Positions 9,176 through 17,506 of a stretch of 61,089 bases of DNA are shown here, piece after piece (the first letter of the stretch is position 1; each line of letters starts with the position of its first letter). The translations under genes were made by a program, and so were the position numbers. Origin of the DNA: Thermoproteota archaeon (lineage in GTDB: Archaea > Korarchaeota > Korarchaeia > Korarchaeales > Korarchaeaceae). The stretch is from assembly GCA_027491415.1 (NCBI GenBank), contig JAOZFH010000013.1, forward strand, positions 1 to 61,089, given 5' to 3'. A model generated the notes under the pieces. That model was not told where the DNA came from. It searched no databases and saw only the letters and a program-made list of their open reading frames with translations.

Positions 9176-11338
9176 TCAGGGGGGAGGCGCCCCGGGCTGG
9201 CGAGGTTCACCGACGAGGGCCCAGCCGACATCCTTCAGGGCCGTGGGGTCGTCCACCTCGATCAGCACAGTGCACCCAGGCATCCTAGCCGAGAGTTCCC
9301 TCAGGAACGCCCACAAAACCCTTGAACGCACGTCGGGCGGGGCGAGGGTCAGGTCCACCTGCACGACTATCCTCCCGCCGCCGGCCTCCCAGGCAAGGGA
9401 GAGGGGCTCAACGACCTCCGGGGTCGGGGGGACGTGGATGACGACGTAGTCGGCCGCCCGAAGGGCCGCTCTGAGGTCGCCCGGGCCGACCCTGCCTATC
9501 AGCCCGAGTCCGAACTCCGCGCCCTCGGATCTCACCTCGCTGGCGACGGACTCAACGTCGATGGACCTCAGCGTAGGGACGGTCCCCGATATCCTCACGG
9601 CCCTCACGACCCCCGCCAGCTCTCTGGAGACCAGCTCGGCCAGCTGTGCGACGGTAGGGTCCCTGGCCACCAAGACCACCTCGATCTCCCTGGCGAACCC
9701 GGAGACCTCCCTCGCGAGCCCCTCGGCCGAATGGACTCCGCCGATGGTGAGAGCTGGAGATATGGACAGCTCACTCGGCCTGATCGCCTCGAGGGCGCTC
9801 ACCCACTCCGCCGGATCGGAGTCCGGACGAAGCCTCACCAGCAGCCCAACCCTCAGGGACTCCAGGAGGCTCACGGCCCCAACCGGTGGGGCCGCGTAGA
9901 ACACGACGAACGGATCGATCTCCGCTAAGACGGTCACGTCTCTGCCCCTCGCCTCTCTCGGGAGGTCCCTGCGCAGGGAGACGAAGATGCCGCTCTTTCT
10001 GCCCTCTGCGACGGCCCGGAGCATCTCCTCCGTCCTGACCTCCCTGTACATCCCACCGTCGGTGAGCCTGCCAGAGAGCAGGGTTATGCAGTCGGCCAGG
10101 GGGCCGATGCCCACGTGGACTATCTCCCCCTCGGGCACGTTCTCCTCTATCCACCTGGCCAGCTCCCGCACGCAGGGGTTGGTCACGCTGTACAGCCTCC
10201 AGTTGGGTGGTATCACCTCCTCCATGCCGCCTGTCAGCTCCCTGACGACGGGCGTTGGCCCCCCGGACATGGGCCCCAGCGCGCCTCGTCCGGCGAGGGC
10301 GGGGGCGAACGCCGAGGACATCAGGGCGAACGCGGCCACCACTCCCAAGAGGGCCCTGCGGTCCAGGCGGGGGCGGACCATGTCCACCAGCCATCCGAAT
10401 CCAGCGGCGGCGATGGCGCAGTTGACGGGCGGAGAGTGGAGGAAGTACCTCATACCGTATGTGGGGAGGATCGCCAGGAAGGCGGCGCCGACCCCCAAGA
10501 GGATCCTGCCCCCCGCTCCGGCCCTGTAGGCAGCGTATATTCCCAGGGGCAGGAGGAAGAGCACGAAGAGGTCAACCGTCAAGAACCCCAGCGGGACCTT
10601 CCCGCCAGCCGACATCTTCCCGGCCTGGATCGCCTCGCTGTTGGACAGGACGTGGAGGGCCCAGGGCGTGAAGAGGAGGAGCGATACCCCACCGACCTTC
10701 AGGGCCTCCCTGACGTAGCCGGAGTCCAGCGGCAGGGACAGCAGCCCCCCGAGGATCAGCGAGAGGAGGACGACGTACGGGAGGCCCAAGTGAGAGTAAA
10801 GGAAGGCCGTCATCAGTAGGACCGCCGGGACCGTTTTCTTCCGCCAGAAGAGGTAGATGAGGGGCATGAGGAGGGCCATGATCATGGCCGTCGGGGCGAC
10901 TGTGAGCTGCCAGGTCCAGAACCTCGGGTCGGCCGACAGGAGGCCAGCATACACTGCGCCAACCTCGGGGCCGAACATCTTCCTGACCGCGACCCAGGAG
11001 AGGAGGAGCGACGCCGGATACTGGACGAGGGCTATGACCCTGCCGACAGAGACGAAGTCCAGCCCGGTAAGCGAGTGGGTCCACCAGATGATGACGTGGA
11101 GGAGGGGCGGGTAGAGCTGGGGCCTGCCCACGGGGGCGTACTCGTAGTAGTCCCAGAGGACCACCCTCCCGAAGTCGGAGTACATCTTCCCGATCAGCAG
11201 GTGATAGGGGGTATCGTAGGAGAAGGGAAGCTTGTTCCTGTTGACGAGCAGAAGGGTTGCGTGGAGCGCCACCAGTCCGAGGGGAACGATGTCGAGCGGG
11301 TGGACCCTGGGCCAGAGTTCGAGCTTTGGACGCCTCAC
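9176..11338 (-). CDS. Polytopic GT-C-type glycosyltransferase-like protein with large soluble C-terminal domain
   Basis: YDTPYH and WDYYEYAPVGRPQLYPPLLH loop resembles STT3/PMT N-termini. About 11-13 TM helices, then about 350 aa of alpha/beta domain. Confidence 0.6.
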   Translation of the reverse strand: MRRPKLELWPRVHPLDIVPLGLVALHATLLLVNRNKLPFSYDTPYHLLIGKMYSDFGRVVLWDYYEYAPVGRPQLYPPLLHVIIWWTHSLTGLDFVSVGRVIALVQYPASLLLSWVAVRKMFGPEVGAVYAGLLSADPRFWTWQLTVAPTAMIMALLMPLIYLFWRKKTVPAVLLMTAFLYSHLGLPYVVLLSLILGGLLSLPLDSGYVREALKVGGVSLLLFTPWALHVLSNSEAIQAGKMSAGGKVPLGFLTVDLFVLFLLPLGIYAAYRAGAGGRILLGVGAAFLAILPTYGMRYFLHSPPVNCAIAAAGFGWLVDMVRPRLDRRALLGVVAAFALMSSAFAPALAGRGALGPMSGGPTPVVRELTGGMEEVIPPNWRLYSVTNPCVRELARWIEENVPEGEIVHVGIGPLADCITLLSGRLTDGGMYREVRTEEMLRAVAEGRKSGIFVSLRRDLPREARGRDVTVLAEIDPFVVFYAAPPVGAVSLLESLRVGLLVRLRPDSDPAEWVSALEAIRPSELSISPALTIGGVHSAEGLAREVSGFAREIEVVLVARDPTVAQLAELVSRELAGVVRAVRISGTVPTLRSIDVESVASEVRSEGAEFGLGLIGRVGPGDLRAALRAADYVVIHVPPTPEVVEPLSLAWEAGGGRIVVQVDLTLAPPDVRSRVLWAFLRELSARMPGCTVLIEVDDPTALKDVGWALVGEPRQPGAPPP

Positions 11339-11602
11339 GGCTGTCCGCCCCAGAGCTTCGCGGGGTGGCGAGGATATAGAGGATCAGCGTGAAACGGGGC
11401 GGAACGGGTCTGAGGATCGTGCCTCCCATCCCGCTGGAGGATTTCCCCTGGGGCAGTCCGCTCTCCGCGCGTCTCGGGCCGGGTGGTGGATTGGGCTCGC
11501 CTCCCGTGCCGTGCCCATGCCGACAAACCGTCAGGGCCCCCGGGCAGGGAGGGCGACCAGCCCAGTCGCCTGCCCACCGAGCCAAACTCAAGCGGTCTCG
11601 GG

Positions 11603-11974
11603 TTACTCCACCCGCCAGAACTTGAGCCCGTACTTCCTGAGCCTGTCGTAGTGGCGGACGTTTCTCGTGAGGAGGGGGACTCCGTTCGCTATGGCCGTGG
11701 CCCCAATGAGTAGGTCTCTGTCGTCCAGAGAGGCGCCCGACCGCCTGAGGTCTCTCCAGATCTCCGTCGCCTTGGACACCACCCTGTTGTCCAGCGGAAC
11801 CACCTCGAATATCTCCTCGAGCAGCCTCTTCGCCAGGGTGGGATCAGCCTTCCCCCTGACGAACTCGTAGAGGGTCACGATGGAGATCTGGCACAGTGCG
11901 TCGGGGAGCTCCTCCCTCCCCCTGTCCACTTCGATCAGGAAGTCTGTGTCTAGAAGGACCCTCTGAGGCCTAAT
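11603..11974 (-). CDS. vapC: VapC PIN-domain toxin
   Basis: VLLDTDFLI (upstream of the annotated GTG 11929), TLYEF, DDRDLLIGATA, LLTRNVRHY. Start inferred at ATT 11974. Confidence 0.9.
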   Translation of the reverse strand: MRPQRVLLDTDFLIEVDRGREELPDALCQISIVTLYEFVRGKADPTLAKRLLEEIFEVVPLDNRVVSKATEIWRDLRRSGASLDDRDLLIGATAIANGVPLLTRNVRHYDRLRKYGLKFWRVE

Positions 11975-12162
11975 CTCAGCCTCACCTCCTCGTACTCAGC
12001 GTCCATCGGGATCTGCCTAAGCTTCTTGAGGGCCTCCTCAAGCCTCCTCCTGCGCAGCTCCTCCGCAAGCTCCAGCAGAAACTCGTCCCAGGACTTGTCA
12101 CCCTTCAGCGAGGCAAGCAGCCTTTTGGTCTCCGGCCTGACGCTTATCGTGGTGACCCCCAC
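11950..12162 (-). CDS. VapB-type antitoxin (RHH-like)
   Basis: TTISVRPETKRLLASLKGDKSWDEFL. Overlaps the vapC 5' end. Confidence 0.85.
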   Translation of the reverse strand: MGVTTISVRPETKRLLASLKGDKSWDEFLLELAEELRRRRLEEALKKLRQIPMDAEYEEVRLRLGLRGSF

Positions 12163-12191
12163 GCGGCCTCCCCCCGTGATTCCGGGCACCC

Positions 12192-12250
12192 GGTTAATTA
12201 AGGATTATCATTATCATTACCAATTTTCGATATATCTATTAATAATCAAC
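12192..12250 (-). promoter_or_regulatory. AT-rich vapBC promoter with tandem TAATGA-like repeats
   Basis: Very AT-rich island in a GC-rich context. Minus strand reads GTAATGATAATGATAATCC then TTAATTAA, about 30 nt before the antitoxin start. Confidence 0.55.
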
Positions 12251-14292
12251 CGACGACCTGGCCGCTCTGAGCGAGTTAGCCTCACCAGGGCCCTGAACGG
12301 CCTGGCCGCCCTGTCGAGCCACGCGAGGTACCTCTCCACCGAGTAGCCCCCGGGGCCCAGGTCGACCGGGTAGGGGGTCCTGGCCTCCACGTACCTGACG
12401 GCCCCCGCCGACCCCGTTTCGGGTCTGAGCCCCCGAGCCGCCACGACGTGGGACGGGGATCTCTCATACCCTCTTGGATCTCTGGACAGCCTCCTCTCCA
12501 CGACGAGGTCGGCGAGGTCCACCTCGCCCCGAGCCAGCCTCTGGGCCCAGGCTCCGAAGACTTCGACGGCCCTGATCGACGCCCCCTCGAGTTCCCCGGG
12601 TGACTCGGCCCGCTCCAGCTCGGACAGGGCCTCCATCGCCGCCTTCCGAACCACCTGCGGCGCGTCCCTCCTGGCGAACTCCAGCCCCTTCACCTTGAAC
12701 GCGCCCCACTCAGTCTCTCCAGACAGAAGCCTCCCCAGGTACTTGGAGGGCACCCCCTCGCCCGTCGTGACGCCCGAGAAGAAGGCGACCCACTCGTACT
12801 CGGCCTCCACCTTCAGACCGTATCCGGTCTCCCGCTCCACGATGCGAACGAGCTCTTCGACGCTGCCGGCCTCGGGGGTGGGCTGGACGAACAGGGAGTC
12901 AACCAACACGTGGAGCACCCTGTAGCCAGCCCCCTCGGCGGCCCTGACGGCCCTCCTGGCGACGTCCCTCGCCAGGGCGGTGACGCACTCGTAGGCCTCT
13001 ATGCTCCCGAACCTGGCGTTCCTGTACCCCAGGTAGCCGAAGCACGCCACGAGCACCCACTTGACCGCAGCCTGGGCGGACTCATACCTCTCGGCGTCCG
13101 CACCCCCGAGCCGGGCCAGCTCCCTCAGCCTGGCCCTCCTATCCACGAGCCTCCCGACGGCCTCTGAGACGAGCCCCCTCCTGTCGAGGCATATCAAGTG
13201 GCCGACCTCCGGGACCTCCCTGCGGGGGCCGGGGCACGAGGGGTCGTTCACCGTCTCGGGGCTCACGTTCTCCCTGGCGATTATGGAGGGGTAGAGTGAG
13301 TTGAAGTCGAGCTGGTAGACGTCCCAGTAGACCCCGGGCCTGGGGGTGAGCACGAGCCCGCCCCTGTCGGCGGCCAGCAGCCGGGAGGGGCTCTTCCAAG
13401 ACTCAACGAACCTCCTCGCCTCCGGTATCAGGTACCTCCTGCGGAGGGCCTCGAAGGCCTCCGCACTGGTGAGCACCTGGCCGATGGTGGCGTCGACCAC
13501 CCGGCTCAGCGGGAGGGCGGAGAGGCGGGACCACTCCACGGCCCCCCAGAGGCCGATCCCCAGGGGAGGGGGCCTGCGCAGGACGACCGCGCCGGCGGCC
13601 TCCGGCCCCCCGGCCACCCCCGGGACCCTCAGGGCCAGCTCGGCCCAGCCCGGCGAGTCGAACGCGACCACGTGTGGGAGGAGCGACTTTATGGCGTCCG
13701 CCAGCTCTCCGGACCTGGCCCTCTCCACCGATAGCTCGATCGGCTCCCCCTGGGGAGGGGAGAGCCTGACCCGATCCACGGTCTCCCAAGAGGGAGCGTT
13801 CGGCGCGCCGGCCCACCCCAGGAAGGACACCCTCACGGCCCTGAGCTCAGGGACCTCGTATGGGACGGAGCCGGGGTCCTCCAGGGGCCTCACCTCCCCG
13901 CCCCTCACCTCGACCCAGGAGCACGCCGTCGCCCCCCTGGCCCGTATCGCCCTCTGGATCAGGGAGGGGAACCTGTTCCACGCCTCCGCCAGGCCCAGCT
14001 CTTGAGCCCTCCTCAGTATCAGGCGGGCCTCCCTCGGCCCGCAGTCCACGACTAGGACGTCGGCCTCCTCCCTGTACCTCGGGGGCAGGAGCCACCGCTC
14101 CACTTCGACCGAGAGGACGCCCTCTAGCTCGGACAGGGAGTCCGCCAGCCTCTCGAGGCCGACGGACCTCGGCGTGAGGTAGAGCCTCTCCCTAGCCGGC
14201 ACCTCCGCCATGGACGGGTCGCCGGACTCGCCCAGGAGGGTCAGCCTCAGCGACTCCCCGTCCACCCGGGCATCCAGGAGCCAGCCCCTCAA
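12217..14292 (-). CDS. polB2: Family B DNA polymerase, PolB2 group
   Basis: Motif A LDFNSLYPSII, motif B KWVLVACFGYLGYRNARFG, degenerate motif C HVLVDSLFV typical of PolB2, eroded exonuclease. N-terminus RGWLLDA. Start TTG 14292 (or 14313). Confidence 0.9.
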   Translation of the reverse strand: MRGWLLDARVDGESLRLTLLGESGDPSMAEVPARERLYLTPRSVGLERLADSLSELEGVLSVEVERWLLPPRYREEADVLVVDCGPREARLILRRAQELGLAEAWNRFPSLIQRAIRARGATACSWVEVRGGEVRPLEDPGSVPYEVPELRAVRVSFLGWAGAPNAPSWETVDRVRLSPPQGEPIELSVERARSGELADAIKSLLPHVVAFDSPGWAELALRVPGVAGGPEAAGAVVLRRPPPLGIGLWGAVEWSRLSALPLSRVVDATIGQVLTSAEAFEALRRRYLIPEARRFVESWKSPSRLLAADRGGLVLTPRPGVYWDVYQLDFNSLYPSIIARENVSPETVNDPSCPGPRREVPEVGHLICLDRRGLVSEAVGRLVDRRARLRELARLGGADAERYESAQAAVKWVLVACFGYLGYRNARFGSIEAYECVTALARDVARRAVRAAEGAGYRVLHVLVDSLFVQPTPEAGSVEELVRIVERETGYGLKVEAEYEWVAFFSGVTTGEGVPSKYLGRLLSGETEWGAFKVKGLEFARRDAPQVVRKAAMEALSELERAESPGELEGASIRAVEVFGAWAQRLARGEVDLADLVVERRLSRDPRGYERSPSHVVAARGLRPETGSAGAVRYVEARTPYPVDLGPGGYSVERYLAWLDRAARPFRALVRLTRSERPGRRLIINRYIENW

Positions 14293-14359
14293 GCCTGGCG
14301 CGACGGCCCCCAAGAGAAGATTAGGAAATCGGGCCCTGAGATCCCGGGCTGGTTCCGGC

Positions 14360-14368
14360 GAAAGTTTC
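14360..14368 (-). promoter_or_regulatory. GAAACTTTC box upstream of polB2 (putative DNA-damage-response element)
   Basis: Reads GAAACTTTC on the minus strand, 68-76 nt upstream of TTG 14292. An identical box lies upstream of the radA paralog. Confidence 0.55.
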
Positions 14369-14506
14369 CGGCGAGGCCGATGGACTCTGGGGGTTCCCTC
14401 TTGACGGACTTCCAGTCGGATAGATCCGAACGCAGGTCAATCTCGACGATGTCGAACACGTCGTCAGGTGTAGGGCTCGAAGGGGGATCTCTTCACACCC
14501 CTCACC

Positions 14507-14943
14507 TCAGACGCGAGATTTACCCTCCCCCGGGGTCTTTCCCGACCCTCCTGCCGCTGGCCAAGAGCTCCACGGTCCTCTCTGCCCAGGAGACGAAGCT
14601 CTTCGCCCGCTCAACGAGCTCAGCCACCTCTTCTCTCGATACGGTGAAGATCGGGGCGTAGCCCCTCCTCCCTCGCCTGCCTGAGCAGGTTCAGGGTTCG
14701 GCCCAGCTCGCGATCCCCGAGCCCCTCGCGTATCACCCTCAGGCCGAACTTGTAGGCCACGCCCTCGTGGGTCCTGACGTGTGAACCCAGCATCAAGAGG
14801 ACCGCCCTCGCCGAGTTGAACGCGGCGTAGTACGCCCTGCTCACCGCGTCCGAGAGAAAGCCAGACCTGAGAAGGTGATCCGCGCTCCTCAGCTTCTCCC
14901 TGGAGAGCTCGAGGAGGATCCTCGCCTCGGTCAGCTGGTCCAT
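14507..14943 (-). pseudogene. HEPN-domain protein, frameshifted
   Basis: SRAYYAAFNSARAVL..THEGV..REE, then a frameshift near 14661. The other frame continues YAPIFTVSREEVAELVERAKSFV to TGA 14507. Confidence 0.8.
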
Positions 14944-15251
14944 ATCACCACGCCCTCCTCCCTGGCCCTCTTGATAACCTCCCAGCGGGCCTCTGAGTAC
15001 TCCCTCTCCAACACCACGAGCACGGTCACCGGCACCCAGGTGTCCGCGTAGACATCCGCCGCCTCGGACGCCTCCACTCGGGCCCTGGGTAGGAGGTCGT
15101 CCTCCACGACCAGCATCAGGTCGAGGTCGCTCTCCGGCCCAGCGTCCCCCCTGGCCGCGCTGCCGAACAGCACGAGCCTCAGCGCCCCCGGAACCCTGGA
15201 GAGCCTTTAGGAGGCCTTCTCTAGTGCCAACCTCCCCCGCAGGAGAAACAT
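14931..15251 (-). pseudogene. Minimal nucleotidyltransferase (MNT) with in-frame stop
   Basis: VLFGSAARGDAGPESDLDLMLV motif. ATG 15251 is followed by an in-frame TAA at 15209-15207. Confidence 0.8.
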
Positions 15252-15321
15252 CCGTCGGCTTGACCCGCCGTCCGGTTAAAAAGTCCCCGCGGGATCGCCG
15301 CGTCGGCGAGGCCCCGGGCCC

Positions 15322-15330
15322 GAAACTTTC
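15322..15330 (+). promoter_or_regulatory. GAAACTTTC box upstream of radA paralog
   Basis: 66-74 nt upstream of ATG 15396. TATA-like TTTACTTTT at 15362-15370. Confidence 0.55.
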
Positions 15331-15395
15331 CCCACAGGATACCGGTGACCCCTGACCCCGGTTTACTTTTCTCGCGTCCCCCGGGAGTTGGGGGG

Positions 15396-16097
15396 ATGCT
15401 CCCCCTCGCCTCAGCCGGCGGGCGCGCCGGGGTGATCGTGAGGACGGGCGTGGAGGGACTCGACAGGCTGCTCGGCGGGGGGATCGAGGAGCGCTCGCTG
15501 ACCGAGTTCTACTCCCCCAGCGTCAGGATCGTCGGCCTGCTCTACCACAGGATAGCGGTGCTGGCCTCGGCCAAGGGGAGGACGCTGGCGGTCCACGTGC
15601 AGGACTTCGGCGGCCTGGACCCCTACATGCTCAGGTCCATGGCCAGGAGGATCGGCGCGGACTGGCGGACGGTGGAGGAGAACCTCATGGTGGCCCGGGC
15701 GTTCAAGCTCGAGGACGCCCTCGACCTGCTCTCAAGGGCGTCCCGAGAGGAGTCGGAGTTCGCCCTGGTCTTCGACCCCTACCTGCACGTGGACTGGCGG
15801 GAGGCCTGGACGGCCACGCGCTTGACCCAGGCGCTCAGGGAGCTGGCCGCGGACAGGACCGTGGTCTCGTTTAACAGGTGCTCCCTCGACGGGCGGGGGT
15901 GGTCGCCCCTGGGCGGAACCTACCACGCCCACTCGATCCACGCCGTCGTGAGGCTGGACCCGCGCCCCAGGGGGCTGGTGAGGGCCACGCTGGTCAAGCA
16001 CCCGTCCAGGCCCCAGGCCTCGGAGTGGCTGACCGTAGGGGAGCTGGGGGGCGCGTCGCCTTGGGAAGGTCTGCCCCGACTCTCAGAGTGGCTGTGA
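15396..16097 (+). CDS. Inactivated RadA/RecA-family protein (PolB2-associated)
   Basis: RTGVEGLDRLLGGGIEERSLTEFY, GGLDPY, VARAF, PLGGTYHAH, RATLVKHPS. Walker A GKT is absent. Confidence 0.85.
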   Translation: MLPLASAGGRAGVIVRTGVEGLDRLLGGGIEERSLTEFYSPSVRIVGLLYHRIAVLASAKGRTLAVHVQDFGGLDPYMLRSMARRIGADWRTVEENLMVARAFKLEDALDLLSRASREESEFALVFDPYLHVDWREAWTATRLTQALRELAADRTVVSFNRCSLDGRGWSPLGGTYHAHSIHAVVRLDPRPRGLVRATLVKHPSRPQASEWLTVGELGGASPWEGLPRLSEWL

Positions 16098-16351
16098 GGA
16101 GGGAGCTGGAGAGGCTCCGGAGGGTTGCGAGGGCGGAGCGCGACCCCAGGATTAGGAGGGAACTCGAGAGGCTGCTGGAGGGTGGGGAGATCCTGCTGGA
16201 CGCCTTCGGCTCGGGCCCCGAGTTCCCCACGGACGCCTGGGAGGTCGCCTTGCTCGGGGTCATCGTGGGCCTGGCCCTGAGGGTGGCCGAGCTGGAGCGG
16301 GCCGCCGAGTGGCGGGGCTCGGAGAGGGCATCGCCGGACTCGGGCGGTTAA
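16061..16351 (+). CDS. Small helical PolB2-operon protein (arCOG07300-like)
   Basis: From TTG 16061: MGRSAPTLR...RELERL...EVALLGVIVGLALRVAELE. Overlaps the radA paralog end. Confidence 0.72.
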   Translation: MGRSAPTLRVAVRRELERLRRVARAERDPRIRRELERLLEGGEILLDAFGSGPEFPTDAWEVALLGVIVGLALRVAELERAAEWRGSERASPDSGG

Positions 16352-16385
16352 TAAGGTTCGGCCATAGGAGGGGGCAGGTGGTGCG

Positions 16386-16692
16386 GTGGGGAAGGCCGCC
16401 GTGTTCATTGACGGGGGCTACATGAGGGCGGTGCTGAGGCACCTCGGGGAGCCCAGGATAGACTACGAGAAGCTCTCCGACAGGGTCTGCGGCAATCTGG
16501 AGAGGTTGAGAACCTACTACTACGACTGCCTTCCTCACCTGGCCGAGCGCCCGGGGGACGAGGACAGGGAGAGGTACGCCAGGATGGAGAGGTTCCTGAA
16601 CACGCTCAGGGGACTCCCCAGGTCGAGGTCAGGCTGGGAAAGCAGGTGGTTCGACAGATGGGTGGGGGGCCGAGAGGTACGAGCAGAAGCAG
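16386..16692 (+). pseudogene. NYN (LabA/DUF88) domain nuclease remnant
   Basis: AVFIDGGY, IDYEKL, RTYYYD. Frameshift near 16622 (EVRLGK in another frame). Ends at YEQK, before the GVD motif, against the tpiA 3' end. Confidence 0.75.
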
Positions 16693-16703
16693 CGCGCGCC
16701 CCG

Positions 16704-17387
16704 TCAGTCCTCTGGCGCCATGGCGCCCCTCGCAAGTTCCAGCAGCTTCTCCCTTGGCCTGGGCGCCCTGGCCACCGCCGAGGCGAGGAGGACGGCGTCC
16801 ACGCCCAGCTCAAAGGCCCTCCTGACGTCTTCCCCCGTGGACACGCCAGCCCCGCAGATCACGGCGACTTCCTCGAACTTCGAGCGTACCGCGTTCACCG
16901 TCCTAGTGACCGCCTCGGGTCTGGCCTTTGACACCGACACCCCGGTTCCTATGAGTTCTGGGGGCTCGAAGGCCACCGCCGTCGGCTTGAGCGCCGCGGC
17001 GGCAAGCGACTCCTCGGGATCCCCGGCGCAGACTATCGAGGCCAGGCCCTCTCCCCTCAGCATCCGGACGGCCGCGCGGACATCGGCCAGCCTCATCCTC
17101 CTCTCGCTGTGGTTGATGAGCGAGCCCTTCAGGCCGTACTCCCTGAGGAGCCTGGGGCTCACGTGCCCGGTCCTGGCTCCCGGCTCCACGGGATCCACGT
17201 GCTGGGCGAAGACGGGTATGTCCACCTCTCTCGCCACCGCCCAGGCGTCCATGAGGGATGGGGCTATGCCAAAGGCCACGCCCGTCTCCCTGCCAACCTC
17301 CTCCGCCAGCCTGGCTATCTGAACGGCCCTCTGACCGATCGCCTCCCTGTAGAGCTTCAGGTTCACGATGATGTCGGGGAGGATCAT
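16704..17387 (-). CDS. tpiA: Triosephosphate isomerase, archaeal type
   Basis: IVNLKLY, AQHVD, GARTGH, LINHSERR, AFEPPELIGTG, CGAGVS, LLASAV. Confidence 0.96.
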   Translation of the reverse strand: MILPDIIVNLKLYREAIGQRAVQIARLAEEVGRETGVAFGIAPSLMDAWAVAREVDIPVFAQHVDPVEPGARTGHVSPRLLREYGLKGSLINHSERRMRLADVRAAVRMLRGEGLASIVCAGDPEESLAAAALKPTAVAFEPPELIGTGVSVSKARPEAVTRTVNAVRSKFEEVAVICGAGVSTGEDVRRAFELGVDAVLLASAVARAPRPREKLLELARGAMAPED

Positions 17388-17506
17388 CGCGTCCCCCTTG
17401 GATGGGAGACAAATAAGCGGCGGTGGTGGGGGTCCCGACGTCCTGAGCCGGGGGGTAGAGGAGGGGGCCAATGGGGCGTGGGTCGGCGCTTAGGGGGTAA
17501 GGTCCT

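Noticed and set aside
11340-11600. GC-rich intergenic stretch considered as RNase P or SRP RNA (GGGGAAATCCTCC on minus)
   Set aside because: I could not find the matching P4 3' strand or the SRP helix-8 motif. An Infernal/Rfam search would settle it.
12217-14292. PolB as marker of a casposon or provirus
   Set aside because: Cellular PolB2 signature with its usual partners. No cas1, integrase, capsid genes or terminal inverted repeats seen.
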